This document shows, piece after piece, positions 22,851-34,787 of a stretch of 64,000 nucleotides of DNA (its first letter is position 1; each line of letters begins with the position of its first letter). The notes below the pieces were generated by a model that saw only the letters and a program-made list of their open reading frames with translations, did not search any database and was not told where the DNA came from. The translations under genes were made by a program, and so were the position numbers. The stretch lies in NCBI GenBank assembly GCA_002633005.1, contig NMRA01000501.1, positions 124,001 to 188,000 of the forward strand, read 5' to 3'. The stretch is from Phoronis australis. Its lineage: Eukaryota > Animalia > Phoronida.

Positions 22851-25329
22851 ATGGCGACATTAAGTCGAGTGGCGAAGACTGCCAGCAATCGCCAGGGAGC
22901 GATGATGTTATTAACGTTGGCTCGTGGCGAACTCAAGTTTCTTCCATTCGATCAGGAGATGCGAATTCTATGCGTGTTCTCACAGTCAGCTCGTTATTTG
23001 GGCACGAAAGCGCAGATTGATGAAAACGTGCGACAGTTCAAGAAAGGCTCCCGGGAACTCGTAGCCGAGCCGACGCAAGCGGTTCATTTCCGAGAAAAGG
23101 CCAGGCAAGATGACCTGAAACTAAGAGGAATTGGATATGAGGTGGGTGAGAACACCCTACCGCACCCTATCTGGACCCCAGAGGAAACTGAAGGGGTACA
23201 AGTAACGCATAAAGAACCTGATGGGTTAATCGATCAAGTGGCCAAGAGGCACATTAAAGTATTGCGGTGGTGTTTTGACTTTTTCTCTGGATTCTCATTT
23301 GGGCAGAGGACTGAGAAAAAATGGCTACGTAGGGTCATGTTCCTAGAGACTGTAGCCGGTGTGCCCGGGATGGTGGGCGCCATGGTACGTCACCTTCAGT
23401 CATTGCGCAAGATGCGCCGGGATCATGGTTGGATCCACACACTGATTGAGGAAGCTGAGAACGAGCGCATGCACCTGATGACCGCATTGCAGGTATGATT
23501 AACTGTGACACACCGGGTGAAGTCTTGGGGCGTCGTGGGGTGTTTTTCCTTAAATTTATCTGAATAACTTATTTAGCCTTCCAACTTTTGTACATAAATG
23601 TGGTCGAGACGGGCTTATGTCATGCGGAATACAAACAGCATACACAAACGCGCGAGGGTTGGTAGCCTGTGAACTGATCCAAATTACCTCAGTCTGCTAA
23701 TTAGTGGCAGACTTAGCCGGATCTCGTATGAAGGTGATGCCCCGCTAACCTCTTAGTTTCCGAAGGAAATTGTCTTCGTAAGGCTTAAAACGTCGTTGAG
23801 AATCTGGTCCTGAAGACAGCCTTTCGGTTGGAAATTTTGTCTGCAAAGACATCCTTTCATAGGGGAGTTTGTCTGCACGTACGGCAAAGGAACTCTTTTT
23901 AAGGTAACTTTGTCCACAAAGGCACCCTTTCGTGTGGAAATTTTTCATCTTAAGCACCCTGTCGTAGAGAATTCCGTCAAAAAGCGGGCCTTGAGAAAAA
24001 CACCCTTCTGATCGCCAGTCCCGTATACTGCTATATCTTAACCGCGGTCACTAGATGATAAACAGCTTGTAAAAAGCATTCCAGCCACTATAGCAAAGTT
24101 GTGATAGACAGAAAGAAGCGCTCTGCTCTTAGACACACACTACATGTAAATGGATGTGATGACTGTGCACACTTGAAGAGTTCAAATAGGAAACATTTGA
24201 CATAATCTGTAGGATCGTGAGAGCACAACAACATCTTTCGCGTGCCTCAATTTCCAATTCAGTTGTGCAAGAGGGCCAGGGACCGAACTGACAGGGACGA
24301 AACGCAGTTTCTTTCTTCACGGAAGTTTTGAGAACTTGGTCATTTCCTTGTGTGTGGTTTTACGTGTTACCGCACAATAGAGGCTTTGATGCCATGATGG
24401 TCGCGAAGGTTTTTATAAAAAAGTCACTGGGAGATCATACTTCATTAAACCCGGCATACTGTACTCCTACAGAAAAGCGTAGCCAAGCTGTCCATTAACC
24501 ACTCTATCGCCATCTTGCGACAAAATGTGTGTCGTAATGTCCGCGGCTTTTTTGCTACAGCAGGGCGTTTGACTGAACACTGTATTTGCTTTAGCCCTGC
24601 GAGTTTTATAAATTCGTCACTGTTGAAAAACAGTAAAATGTACATTCTTTCAAATCTTTCATTTTCGTTTATTTTTGATGCCGATTCTTACCTTTGCAGG
24701 TCTATTGCTGGAAACCTCGGGCCCAGGATTTTTACATTAACTCTTGTACCTGTTATTGATCTAATGTCTTGTGCATATGGGGATGGCCAAACTGGTCTTC
24801 CATAACCGACATAAGTTCATGTAACTTGATGAATTCATGTTGAATGTGTTTCTTATCGGCAAGACTTAATGATCACTTTTCACGAAAGGGGTCCATGCCC
24901 CCTTGTGGCAGTTGCATAAAAGGAGACGAGTATTCAGTGTACTTTCGCATTTTCCAGGTTCGGAAACCGGGAATTCTCTTCCGCGCCGCCGTCATAGGCT
25001 CGCAGGCAATATGGCTACCATGCTTCAGTGTCGCGTATTTGATCAGCCCCAAGTACTGTCACAGATTTGTGGGGTACCTGGAAGAAGAGGCTGTAAAAAC
25101 ATACACGATGTGTCTGAAAGACATTGACACGCCGGGACACCCCATCTCACACTGGAATACAACACCTGCACCAGATGTTGCTAAGCGCTACTGGCATCTC
25201 GCACCAGATGCGACCATGAGAGATGTGATTCTTGTTATACGCATGGACGAGGCCCACCATAGGGACGTAAACCACACGCTGGGATCGATCCGCAAGGATG
25301 ACTTTAATCCCTATGGTATAGGGAAATGA
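22851..25329 (+). CDS. AOX: Mitochondrial alternative oxidase (ubiquinol oxidase), 2 exons: 22851-23492, 24958-25329, 337 aa
   Basis: Di-iron motifs FLETVAGVPG, EEAENERMHL, GYLEEEA and DEAHHRDVNH; conserved Tyr in AYLISPK; LPHPIW N-terminal block; Arg/Ser/Ala-rich presequence-like start; phase-0 GT-AG intron; AATAAA at 25654. Confidence 0.97.
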
Positions 25330-27237
25330 TTTTTGTGTACAGACGAGAGTTCTTAGCAAAAGTTGTTGGCGATCAAAGTCATGTGTTAGTTGATAGCTAA
25401 GATACAATAAGGCGTATCTAAAGTGGATGCTAACGTGGTTTCCAGGGAACACACTCTGACGTCACTGATAAAGTGCGAGGCCCTCGGTACAGCACACTTC
25501 AGCGGCGGTTTTCATTGGTAGTCAGTTAGCTAGCAATTTTTAACCAGAAACCTGGCGTGCGCTTTACAAAATAAACACACCTGGTAAACCGAGGTCGGAT
25601 CTGTCTAGTGAGCTAGCTATTTATGTTGTGATATTATTAAGAAAGTGAATTGCAATAAATGTAATTATTATAAGTATGAACATGCCTTAACTCTGGTTTC
25701 ACGTTTTTTCACTTGGCATTCTACAGATCCGTTGTCTGAACGCTTTTTATGAATTGAAAACTTGTCGTACATATGCCTGCATACGGCCTAAAAACAGGGC
25801 TCGAATGTGAGAATATGGACCTTTTACCAAAACGAAGAAAACGTAATACATTCACAGCTATGAATTTTGCATTCGCCCAGTTAAAGAAGTTCCTGCCTTT
25901 TTAGTGGACTATTGTCTCGTTAAGCACACAGGAAAAGTTTTGGACTGCGTGTACTGTCACTAATTTTATCAGATTTTATTTGAACCCCAACCACACCCCA
26001 AGACTCCAGTTAAATTTTTGGCAAGTCTTTATAACGCATAAATGCTACAGGCAAATTTGCCTGTAACTTCGTGCCACTTGTATTACTCCCCTTCAGAGTA
26101 CCAAAGCTGGGAGGGAGTTACATGTACATGTGCATGGAATGAATGTACGTGGCGTTAAGAAACCTTTACAGACCACGCACGAAAAGGAAGCAATGGAATT
26201 TTCGCTTTACAGTTTCTCTATTGTTTGTAGACTTTTTGTCAGTCACTTGATGCGAAGCTGACTGGCGCAGATATCGCTATAGGGAGGTGGCCATCACAAT
26301 TCCCAAAGGATAAACCTTCGTACAGTAGTATAACAGCCATCATGTTATCATACCAAATGGTAAGAGACCTGGACCCTGGCCCTGTAGCGTAGCAAGGGGA
26401 CAATTTGCGTCCGAGTGCCCGTTCACTCACCGGCTTCCTATACCTACATTTCGGATTCAGAATTTCTTAAATAGGGGTGAGATACAAGTCAAAAAATTGA
26501 CAAAGAACTAGATTTAATATCACAGACATCAATGGAAAAAAGGTGTGACCTCCTGGATCCCCCTACGGAAGAACCCTCACCCTAAATGCGTCAACTAAGA
26601 GTCTTTCGAACTTGCTTTCGAAAACGCGCTCATAATCGCAAGGGCGAGGGGGCGATGAACTCACGCCATCTGTTGGTTAAGATCCCCAATACTATTATAA
26701 GATCGATCTCATCTTCTCATCACGATCCATGCTCGGATCATAGAAATGATTTTCTTTACTCCTTCAGACTATGCTCACTTAGTTGTTTCGCCCCCTGGTG
26801 GGTACGTTTCAGTCGGCAAGGCAGTCGGATCAACTTCAGGCGATAGGCCTATTTATTGCATTCCAACTAACTCTCATTCAAATAAACAAGACAGGAAGAC
26901 CAAATACACAACCAAAGAACGTTGGTGTTCTTAACAGAAGTGTCCAGGATGACCCAATCTCAGAAATCCCACGTGACGGCTGCGACTCAGACTCGAAATT
27001 TAAGGTACATGTAACAGGAAGCGTGATTTGAGTACAAATTTGTACGTTTACTCTGAGCGCGCCATGCAGGTGATGGAGTTTTCAAATACAAAAAAAATTT
27101 TTGGCCCAGATTATGGCTTGTGTGGTATAGCAAAGAGAGTCTCTACCGTTGGTAACATCTAAAAGAGCAAACCCTAACGATGACACATTCAACCTTAAAG
27201 ATAGTCATTTTTTAATATCGAAACGTTTCTTCAGTTG

Positions 27238-27312
27238 GGGTCCTTTTATCACAGGTCGTAATTCCGGTCTTATAGCTACGACCGGACTTACGACCTATGA
27301 TAAAACGGACCC
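27238..27312. mobile_element. Short palindromic MITE
   Basis: GGGTCCTTTTATCACAGGTCGTAA...TTACGACCTATGATAAAACGGACCC near-perfect hairpin; related end at ~19150-19200. Confidence 0.7.
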
Positions 27313-27399
27313 ATACACAAAGTCAATGAGCGGGTATTACAGGGGGTTAACAGGCTCTTCCTCAAGCTCTGGTCGCATCACTGCAATCCTTGAACGTTT

Positions 27400-30300
27400 T
27401 CACGACTTGTTGGCAACAGCAGCATATTTGAGAACTCTTCGAGGATCTTTCCACTTGCCGTTTTAGGTATTGCATCGATAAACTTAACGCCACCTGTAAG
27501 TTTCTTTGATGGGTGGACTTTAGCTGTTGAAAGAAATTAAATGTGGTATAATGAAAGAAACAAGTTTACATCATTAAAATAATAACATGAATAACCTTCA
27601 ATCATACAAAAAGCCGTTTGCAAATCATCAAAGATTCTAAAATAGAGTCATTGCAAGGTCACAAATCAACCTACGAAGCGAAAAGTATTCACATTTAATT
27701 ACACAAACTATTACAACTCCGGTACCCGGAATTATATGCAGACAATCCGAGGCGTAGATCCTTAAATATCAGTTTATGGACCACGTCAAACCCGAATATA
27801 CATTTATAAATATTTGGAAATGGTTTCTATATTGCGCTGTCTCCACGAGAAGAAGTTTATTACCGGTAATTCAGTTACGGCTTTGGTGTCCTACCATGGA
27901 TCAGGAACTAATTTTAGGATTCAACCATTCATGTTTTCAAATATTCACCCTGGGCATAGCTGTAAAAAGTAGTCTGGGCGTATTTAAAGATGAGCCTATC
28001 TTTAAAACCCCCGGTAAGTTTCACTCTGGGTACAAGCGGGACCATTAGACAACTTCAAGGGTTCCTATATTTTGAGAAAAGTGAAAATTACAAATTTTAA
28101 AAGAATGCGCATTGCAAGCTGCTCACGTGAAATGTTAAGCAATTCCACTTGTGCGCAGGCACCATTTCAAGGTGTCTATCATATTGTTTTAAAGTCACTC
28201 AAGAAATGTGAGGCTGCCTTCTAGACACAAGATACACTATACAAAACTTGTGGATCACGTGCTTTGCTTGTAACGCAAGGTGATGTCACGTGAAGACTTG
28301 GGTGAGCCTATTTCTTGTGTATACGGAACGCAGTCCTGAGTACTTACCATTCACATACTCCAGGATGTCAACTTCACTGGATATCCGAATTTGGCTTCAG
28401 TACCACGTACCGGCGCTCCCGGTAATCTCCAGCCTCTTCACCAGGTAAGCCAATGACAGCGCTTGCGTACACACAGGGGTGACTCAGTAACAAATGTTCC
28501 AGCTCCGCTGGTGCGCGCGTTTAGCGAATTAGTGCAGTAATGCGACTAGCAAATATGAGTTTTTTATTACTTAACTTACTTCTACATTTGGTAAATCTTC
28601 TCCCCACCTCTCATCATGTCACTATTTCCTACACGGAATTTTTTATATTTAATCACTTCCGTTAATCTGTCGGTGATATAAAACAATCCTTCATCCGTGT
28701 AGCATGCACTGTCGCCTGCAAAAATCGGCACACGATATGTACGACGGATGACGGATAAAAAGAAATAATTTAATATGAATGGCAGTGAGTTTACTTTCAG
28801 TCTTCAAATAGTCACCTTGTGTCAGGCCTACCTGAATGAAACCAGTCATTTTGATCAATCGTTCGGCTGGTTGCTTCCTCGTTGTTCCAATACCCTTTTG
28901 TAACTTGAGGCCCCCGGATAAGTAACTCCCCTTCTCGGTTCGGTCACAAGTCTTCACCGGTCTCGATGTCAACAACCTGAAAAAAAAACAATTCCCACTT
29001 TGAATGGACAAACACTCCCTCTTTCGGAGACTTCGTGACCTCTATTGATGACAATTCTTCCTCGATGCAAAGTTTCATGTAAGTTACAGTTAAATTAATT
29101 TCAACAACAAACCTATTAATAGAATCTCGTGTACATAATTTTTTACAAATCTTGCAGCTGGTAACAAGTAACAATATTCGTTAACGCATCTCTTCCTGAA
29201 AGTCATATAATCACAAAATTATCATATGAGCAATCATAAAAACTTATCCAGTGATTAAACAAAATGTTAACTGCACCTGTTTTATATGGGCCAGCCGATG
29301 TTGTCGAGCCCAGTAAACTTCTTAATTAATCATTGTATTACTGTTCGTACTAACCTTAGCTCAATCAATCTGACAACGTCAACTTTGATATGCACTCAAC
29401 TGAAAGCGTGCCTTACACTCCGTCCGTGGCACCGGGTACCCAATGGCGCCCACATCCTCGGTATCCCATTTAGCCAAATGAGTTAGATAGATTGATACCT
29501 TGGTCACCATTCATCCTAGAACAAACGGTCACAAAAACGAAGTTTTGATGTAGACCATTTCCGCCAATATGAAACGAAGAAAAGTCGTCGGAAATATAAA
29601 TCAACATTCCAACCTCACCGACTAATCACTTCAATGGCCGCCATTTTGCTAGATTAAAGTAAGGTCTCGAGCATACTCGCAAACTCTTGCCATGGCTGGC
29701 GAGACTTTGGGCAGTCTTGCGTATTCTCGCCTTCCTCGCAAGAGATTTGCCGGGACTTGGAACGCTACCATACTTAGTTCGTGATACTGGGACCCCGGGC
29801 GTCGACTCCTGAATGTGTGATTCGTAAGATTCAAGTGCTTCGTTCTGTCGGCGTGAATCGTTCAATGTAAAAGCGAAACTTGCAAAATGTACATCATGTA
29901 GTTGTGATTAACGAAACTGATACACCATCGTACACGTACAAATTGATCACGTTTTGAAAGAATGAAGCCACTTTTATATATGTACCTGTACATTAACTTT
30001 TATTGACTACACAATCGGAGGAACTAGATGTAGCATGGAAACCTGGATGGAGTCCAGTCACGTTAGTAACGACGCTAAAAAGCATGATCTCGTGAGACTC
30101 CTTGAGATATCGACGTGTATTTCCATCTGGAGCGCGTGATTTTGGCTAAAACATTCACAAAACGTAGCCAGGTAGAGATACTACTACAACTGTTAAGGGA
30201 TGTTTTGTTAGCGTCAGTAATCAACAGAGTAAAGCTATTACTTCGCCAGTTGTGTGCTATCAAGAAAACTTTAATTTCACAGTGTCATATATCTGTAGTA

Positions 30301-30922
30301 AGTCCAAGGGTGTATATTCGAAATAAGATGGTATGTATTTACCTTTCTAGTAACCCCAAATATTAGACCGAGCGTACATTGGGAAACAAGGGACCTGTAA
30401 ACGGAGAATTTGTCACCGACATCGAAATGGATTGAGAATAAATATTTGCTGTTTAAAAAAAATCGAGTTTATTTTGTAAACAAGATAAAAAAGTATTGAA
30501 TGAACACTTCCCCGTTTCTCATGAAGCCTTGTCTGTGCTTAGCTCTCACTGACGGTGTTCATTTTTTGGAAACCCTACGAACTGTAGACTGTGACTTCGA
30601 AAGTACGCCCATGGGCTTATATTTGGGATATCTGTTTGCTGTTTATTGAGAATACAACAACAGTTCATTCAGATTTAAATTGTGCAAACTGGTTATTTGC
30701 AAAAAAAAATTCCCTTAAGGAAACTTTGATGAAGAACTACCTTGTGTTCCTACATGCAATCAAGGAAAACTTCCGGTTCAAATTTAGAGAGAGTTACAAT
30801 CTTGACCCCCTGCTGCAAGCCAACAAACAAACAAAATGACCACTTCTGCGTAAATGTAGAAGAAGGATATTGCTGCCAGGTAGACGTCTTTGTCGTGGAA
30901 AGCGCCAAGAGCGAACGGATAG
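27400..30922 (-). pseudogene. 4-coumarate-CoA ligase-like / firefly-luciferase-like acyl-CoA synthetase pseudogene; exon remnants 30922-30741, 30042-~30010, 29515-29412, 28976-28832, 28715-28633, ~28514-28348, 27523-27400
   Basis: Minus-strand exons give DVYLAAISFFYIY...[127 protein letters not shown] and KKLTGGVKFIDAIPKTASGKIL, in correct ANL-family order, with several stops and frameshifts. Confidence 0.92.
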
Positions 30923-32167
30923 CTAAAACAGTAAACAAAGTGTAGGCGTCTTGATAATGTTCTCGCACGGTAATTGTTATCTATACGAACGTTTTACCAG
31001 GAAGGCCTTTAATTAACAGTTATTGTTTATGAAGAAGATAACCAATAGTTAAAAAAGAATGGTTAAAATTCCCGTCATTTAATTAACTTGTAATTTGATT
31101 TAGTGCAGAGCAAATTTCAATAAACATGAGCTTGACTATTTGTATGAATTTGTCAAGTTTCCTCATGTCTTCAATTAAAATTTCACTCATACGCAATCTT
31201 AAGATAAAGCAAGATTCCAAGTTAACGCACAGCAGTCTCACGGAGACCTACATGTACAGTAGGCCTACATGTACGCATGCTAAACAATTTTTATGTGGGA
31301 ATAAGAAAACACTAACCTAGACCAAACGGGATGCGTCTTCATAAGTATCGGATATCCCGTTTTAGGAGCTGTTCAGAAAATGAACAAGTGTAATGGCGGG
31401 AATTATGCATCGCTGTCACGCGTGCTAAGTTGTCAATGCCACGCGCTATAAGTATAGCATTGCCTTCATTCTTGTGGATTGTTCAAAATAAGCGATTTGT
31501 AAGCTCAAGAAGCAAATGTTGACAATCAAGATTTTGCGACATCTGCGATGACGACTTTAGATTATAAAGCTCGGCCATGGAAAGCACGAGGTGAGATAGT
31601 CAGAACAGCAACCTTGAATTCACACGCTGAATTTCCAGAACTTAGATGACGTACTTACATGTACTCCTTTGAAGGCTCCGGGCGTGTCTGTTCGAGGTAT
31701 TCCTTTTAATTTTAAAAAGCTGCCGTATAGACGTCTACATGCCCTTAAAAACAAAGTTATTGTTTCTAAATTTGAGGAGCAATAGTGTGGATTGGCTTTT
31801 AACGCAGGAATAATTTTAGGACCACATCTCGCGTCACTGACGCAAAATAATTTCAATTACCCACTGCGATTGCTTAACCCGGGTCAACGGGCCTATTAAA
31901 CTACAAGGAAACGCAAAAGAAAAAAAAAACTAGACCCACAGACATGATGCAGAGTGGGTCAATTGACCCATGCCCACGTTTTTCTAAAATTGTCCGTGCA
32001 ACGCGATGAAATAGAGCCTGATATTGAGACCAATTGCTTCACCGAACAAGTAAGTGAACTGAGCCAGGTGTCAGCTTGACCGACTGAAGACATTGCCTTG
32101 TACTTTCACGTACATGGCTTCCTTGATCTTTCTCTTGGTCCAACCTGTTTCGCTTTCTAGAATTCGG

Positions 32168-32227
32168 ATGTTATTCCACTGGATATTGATTTGTTTCGCC
32201 CTCATGTGTTCTACTACTCCTGATGAG
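32168..32227 (+). CDS. Candidate signal-peptide exon of the kringle-TSP1 gene
   Basis: ctttctAG acceptor 7 nt before the ATG; MLFHWILICFALMCSTTPDE; GTATGT donor. It ends in phase 0, so at least one further exon is needed before the phase-1 kringle exon. Confidence 0.4.
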
Positions 32228-34016
32228 GTATGTAATCAAAAAATCACACCATACATGTATCCATGCTCGTTCTTCTGAGAACGCAGGAACACCGGACGAT
32301 GGCTGGAGAATAGACCAACTGAAACGTCGTGACAATGTTAATAGACAAGAGATCTTTGTAAATAAACCTAGCGATTTTAATAATAGTTGTAATCCCGAAA
32401 TATATTGCAAACATTTAGCTTATGGTGCGTATGTGTGTGTGTGTCACGACCGCACTCTTTTAGAGTCGGTGGCAAACTTTCCTGTGTTACAAAACCCACA
32501 GAATAACGCTATAAAATGACTTTTAATATTTTTCACTTCAACTATAGAACTCACCCAGCGTCATCTTATGACGAGTCGATTCTGACATGCTGATGTGTCA
32601 ATGACGCGGTCGTCCGGTTGTCAAACACGTGCCAAATATCTTAAGAACCAATCAGTGTTAATGTTAGAATAGTGACTGTGTTGAACAAACCAATCAGGGC
32701 CCGGTTGCATAAAAGTCCATATACACTGATGTACATGTAGCTATCCAGTGGATAAGACTGGATACGGCGGCATAGGCGGATTCAGGGGTGGCCAAGCAGT
32801 CCGGATCCCCCTTTTCCCTTGATTTAGGGATATCAAATCTAGAATTTTCAAACTATAGACTTGAGCTCCCTTTTTAAAAAATCCTTGATCCGACACCCCT
32901 TTTAAAAATCCTGGGCAAATATAAATGTACGCCGTACCTTCAAAAGTACTTTTTCATTCGAACATTCGACGTTTTCAGGACTACACATGTACATGTAAAC
33001 CTCATTGTTGGTAGCAGTCCGTAAATACTTCTCTAGGGTGGCGTCACCAGTCAATCAAAGCAGTATGGGTAATATACATGTATCGGAGTTCCGGCACTGT
33101 GGGGATAGCATAATTATATGGTAGACCACGCGTTAGTGAATAAGCTAAATTCAATGGACTTAAAACATTATTTCACGATCGAAGGGTGCCATTTAGCGCA
33201 CAGAAATAGCAAAAACTAGGTTGGTTCGATAGTCGGAAGGGACGAGGGTCCGAAATGAAATTTCCACGGCCGAAAGCGTTCAAGAGTCCGGAGGGCAATA
33301 TTTAAAAAAGCGACGACACTTCGACTCACATATCAATTACCATTCTTACACCTTCGTGAATTTCTTGATGTTTGAAGTTTGCTATATTTCCGACATCAGA
33401 ATTCATAATTGCTACCGGCATAAATTACATCACTTGACGGCAAACTTGGGAACAACAAAAATGTCTTCAAAATTAAGAAATCGTGACTATTTGGCATAAA
33501 AACGTGGTTATTTAGTTAGATTTTATGGTATTCGTTTCATACTAGCTAATTCAAACCTCAAAAACTAAGGAAATGCATGGTGGGAATTCTTTAAAACCAT
33601 AAATTCTAGCCTGAACTCCAAATCTCGAATTTGCTTGAACTTAAGAGTTATCAAACGTAAATTGGGATTACACACCCATTTACGCTGTCGGTAAAATATA
33701 ATACATAATTATGGGGATTTTGTTTTAAAGGAGAATGGAAAATGTCACGAGTTCGATTTCCAGTAGACCCCAGTTTCTGGTCTTTTATGTTGTAAATTCC
33801 AGCTAAGGTTTCTTGGCGTCGCGCCTCTAGCATTGACCCCGAGATTTATACGCAGGTATTGAAGGCATATTCCAAACTATTTACCGTTTTAATCAATCTA
33901 CGTCCATCCCGTGTTCTGTCCAACACATTGGGCCGAAAGGTGTCGCGTTAACCTATAAGGAAGGTGAGGACAAAAAGTCAACAATTCTTGCAATGAATGT
34001 GTCGCTATTTCTGATA

Positions 34017-34417
34017 CTCGCTGGTGCCCTGCGTGCCGCTAGGTGGTAGCCAGCACCCAGGTATCACTTAATTATTCTCGGGAAATTTTTTTACACCGGC
34101 ATTTCTGATTGTCTGGTCGAATTCCCAACAGACAGCGCTTTACGCTAACAAACTGGCAGGACTGATGGAGCAAGGGTAAATGTGGTCTCATAGTGTTGGG
34201 CAGACAAATCGGTGCTTAAAATTTATGTTGAGACCACATCTACACTTAAGTCCATCAGTCATGCCAGTTTGTTTCCGTAAACCTCTGCCTGTTGAGAATT
34301 CAACTAGCCAATCAGAAACGCAGGTGTAAAAAAATTTCCCGCGGAAAATTAAGTGATACCTGCGTGCTAGCTGGCGTGGCTACCGCCCCACCTAGCGGCA
34401 CGCAGGGAACCAGCGAG
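34017..34417. mobile_element. Foldback MITE, ~175-bp inverted arms with ~40-nt loop
   Basis: CTCGCTGGTGCCCTGCGTGCCGCTAGGTGG...GTGGTCTCA pairs with TGAGACCAC...CCACCTAGCGGCACGCAGGGAACCAGCGAG; related end at ~44457. Confidence 0.85.
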
Positions 34418-34541
34418 AAATCGTTCATAGTCCGCCATTTTTTCACGTTGTTGTAAACCTAACCAATAACTGCCGAGGTTACATCAACCAATGCTAAAGC
34501 GCGTGCTACTGCGTGATTCCTGCGTGGTGGCTAGGCACGTA

Positions 34542-34787
34542 ATAAAAAATAATTGCAGGCGGTCTGGCACACGTTGTAACTGACGGACGTGTGCAGGCCT
34601 CGCATGTGGGCCCATTGCACTGATCACCTGGAAATGATTTTTTATGTTTTATTAATATAAGGTTAAAACCGAGCTGAGGAGCTAGAAACCTGGTTCAAGG
34701 GTTTAGCAGTGTGACCTAGTGAGATTCGCCCACGACCTCGAGTAAGAAAGCGGGCACTTATCAACCAGGCCACACTGCCTCCTCCTA
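34542..34787 (-). mobile_element. Full-length tRNA-derived SINE
   Basis: Perfect 10-bp TSD TAGGCACGTA at 34532-34541 and 34788-34797; near-identical to the 17256 copy. Confidence 0.9.

Noticed and set aside
27169-27178. AAACCCTAAC resembling a telomerase RNA template
   Set aside because: Single short match followed by a MITE; no pseudoknot or H/ACA features seen.
22851-30922. AOX plus acyl-CoA synthetase as a functional metabolic cluster
   Set aside because: The synthetase is a pseudogene, and adjacency alone is not evidence of co-function in an animal genome.
31620-31760. RTDTPGAFKGVH as a possible ANL P-loop exon of the pseudogene
   Set aside because: Similarity to SSGTTGLPKGV is too weak and the flanking sequence does not fit.
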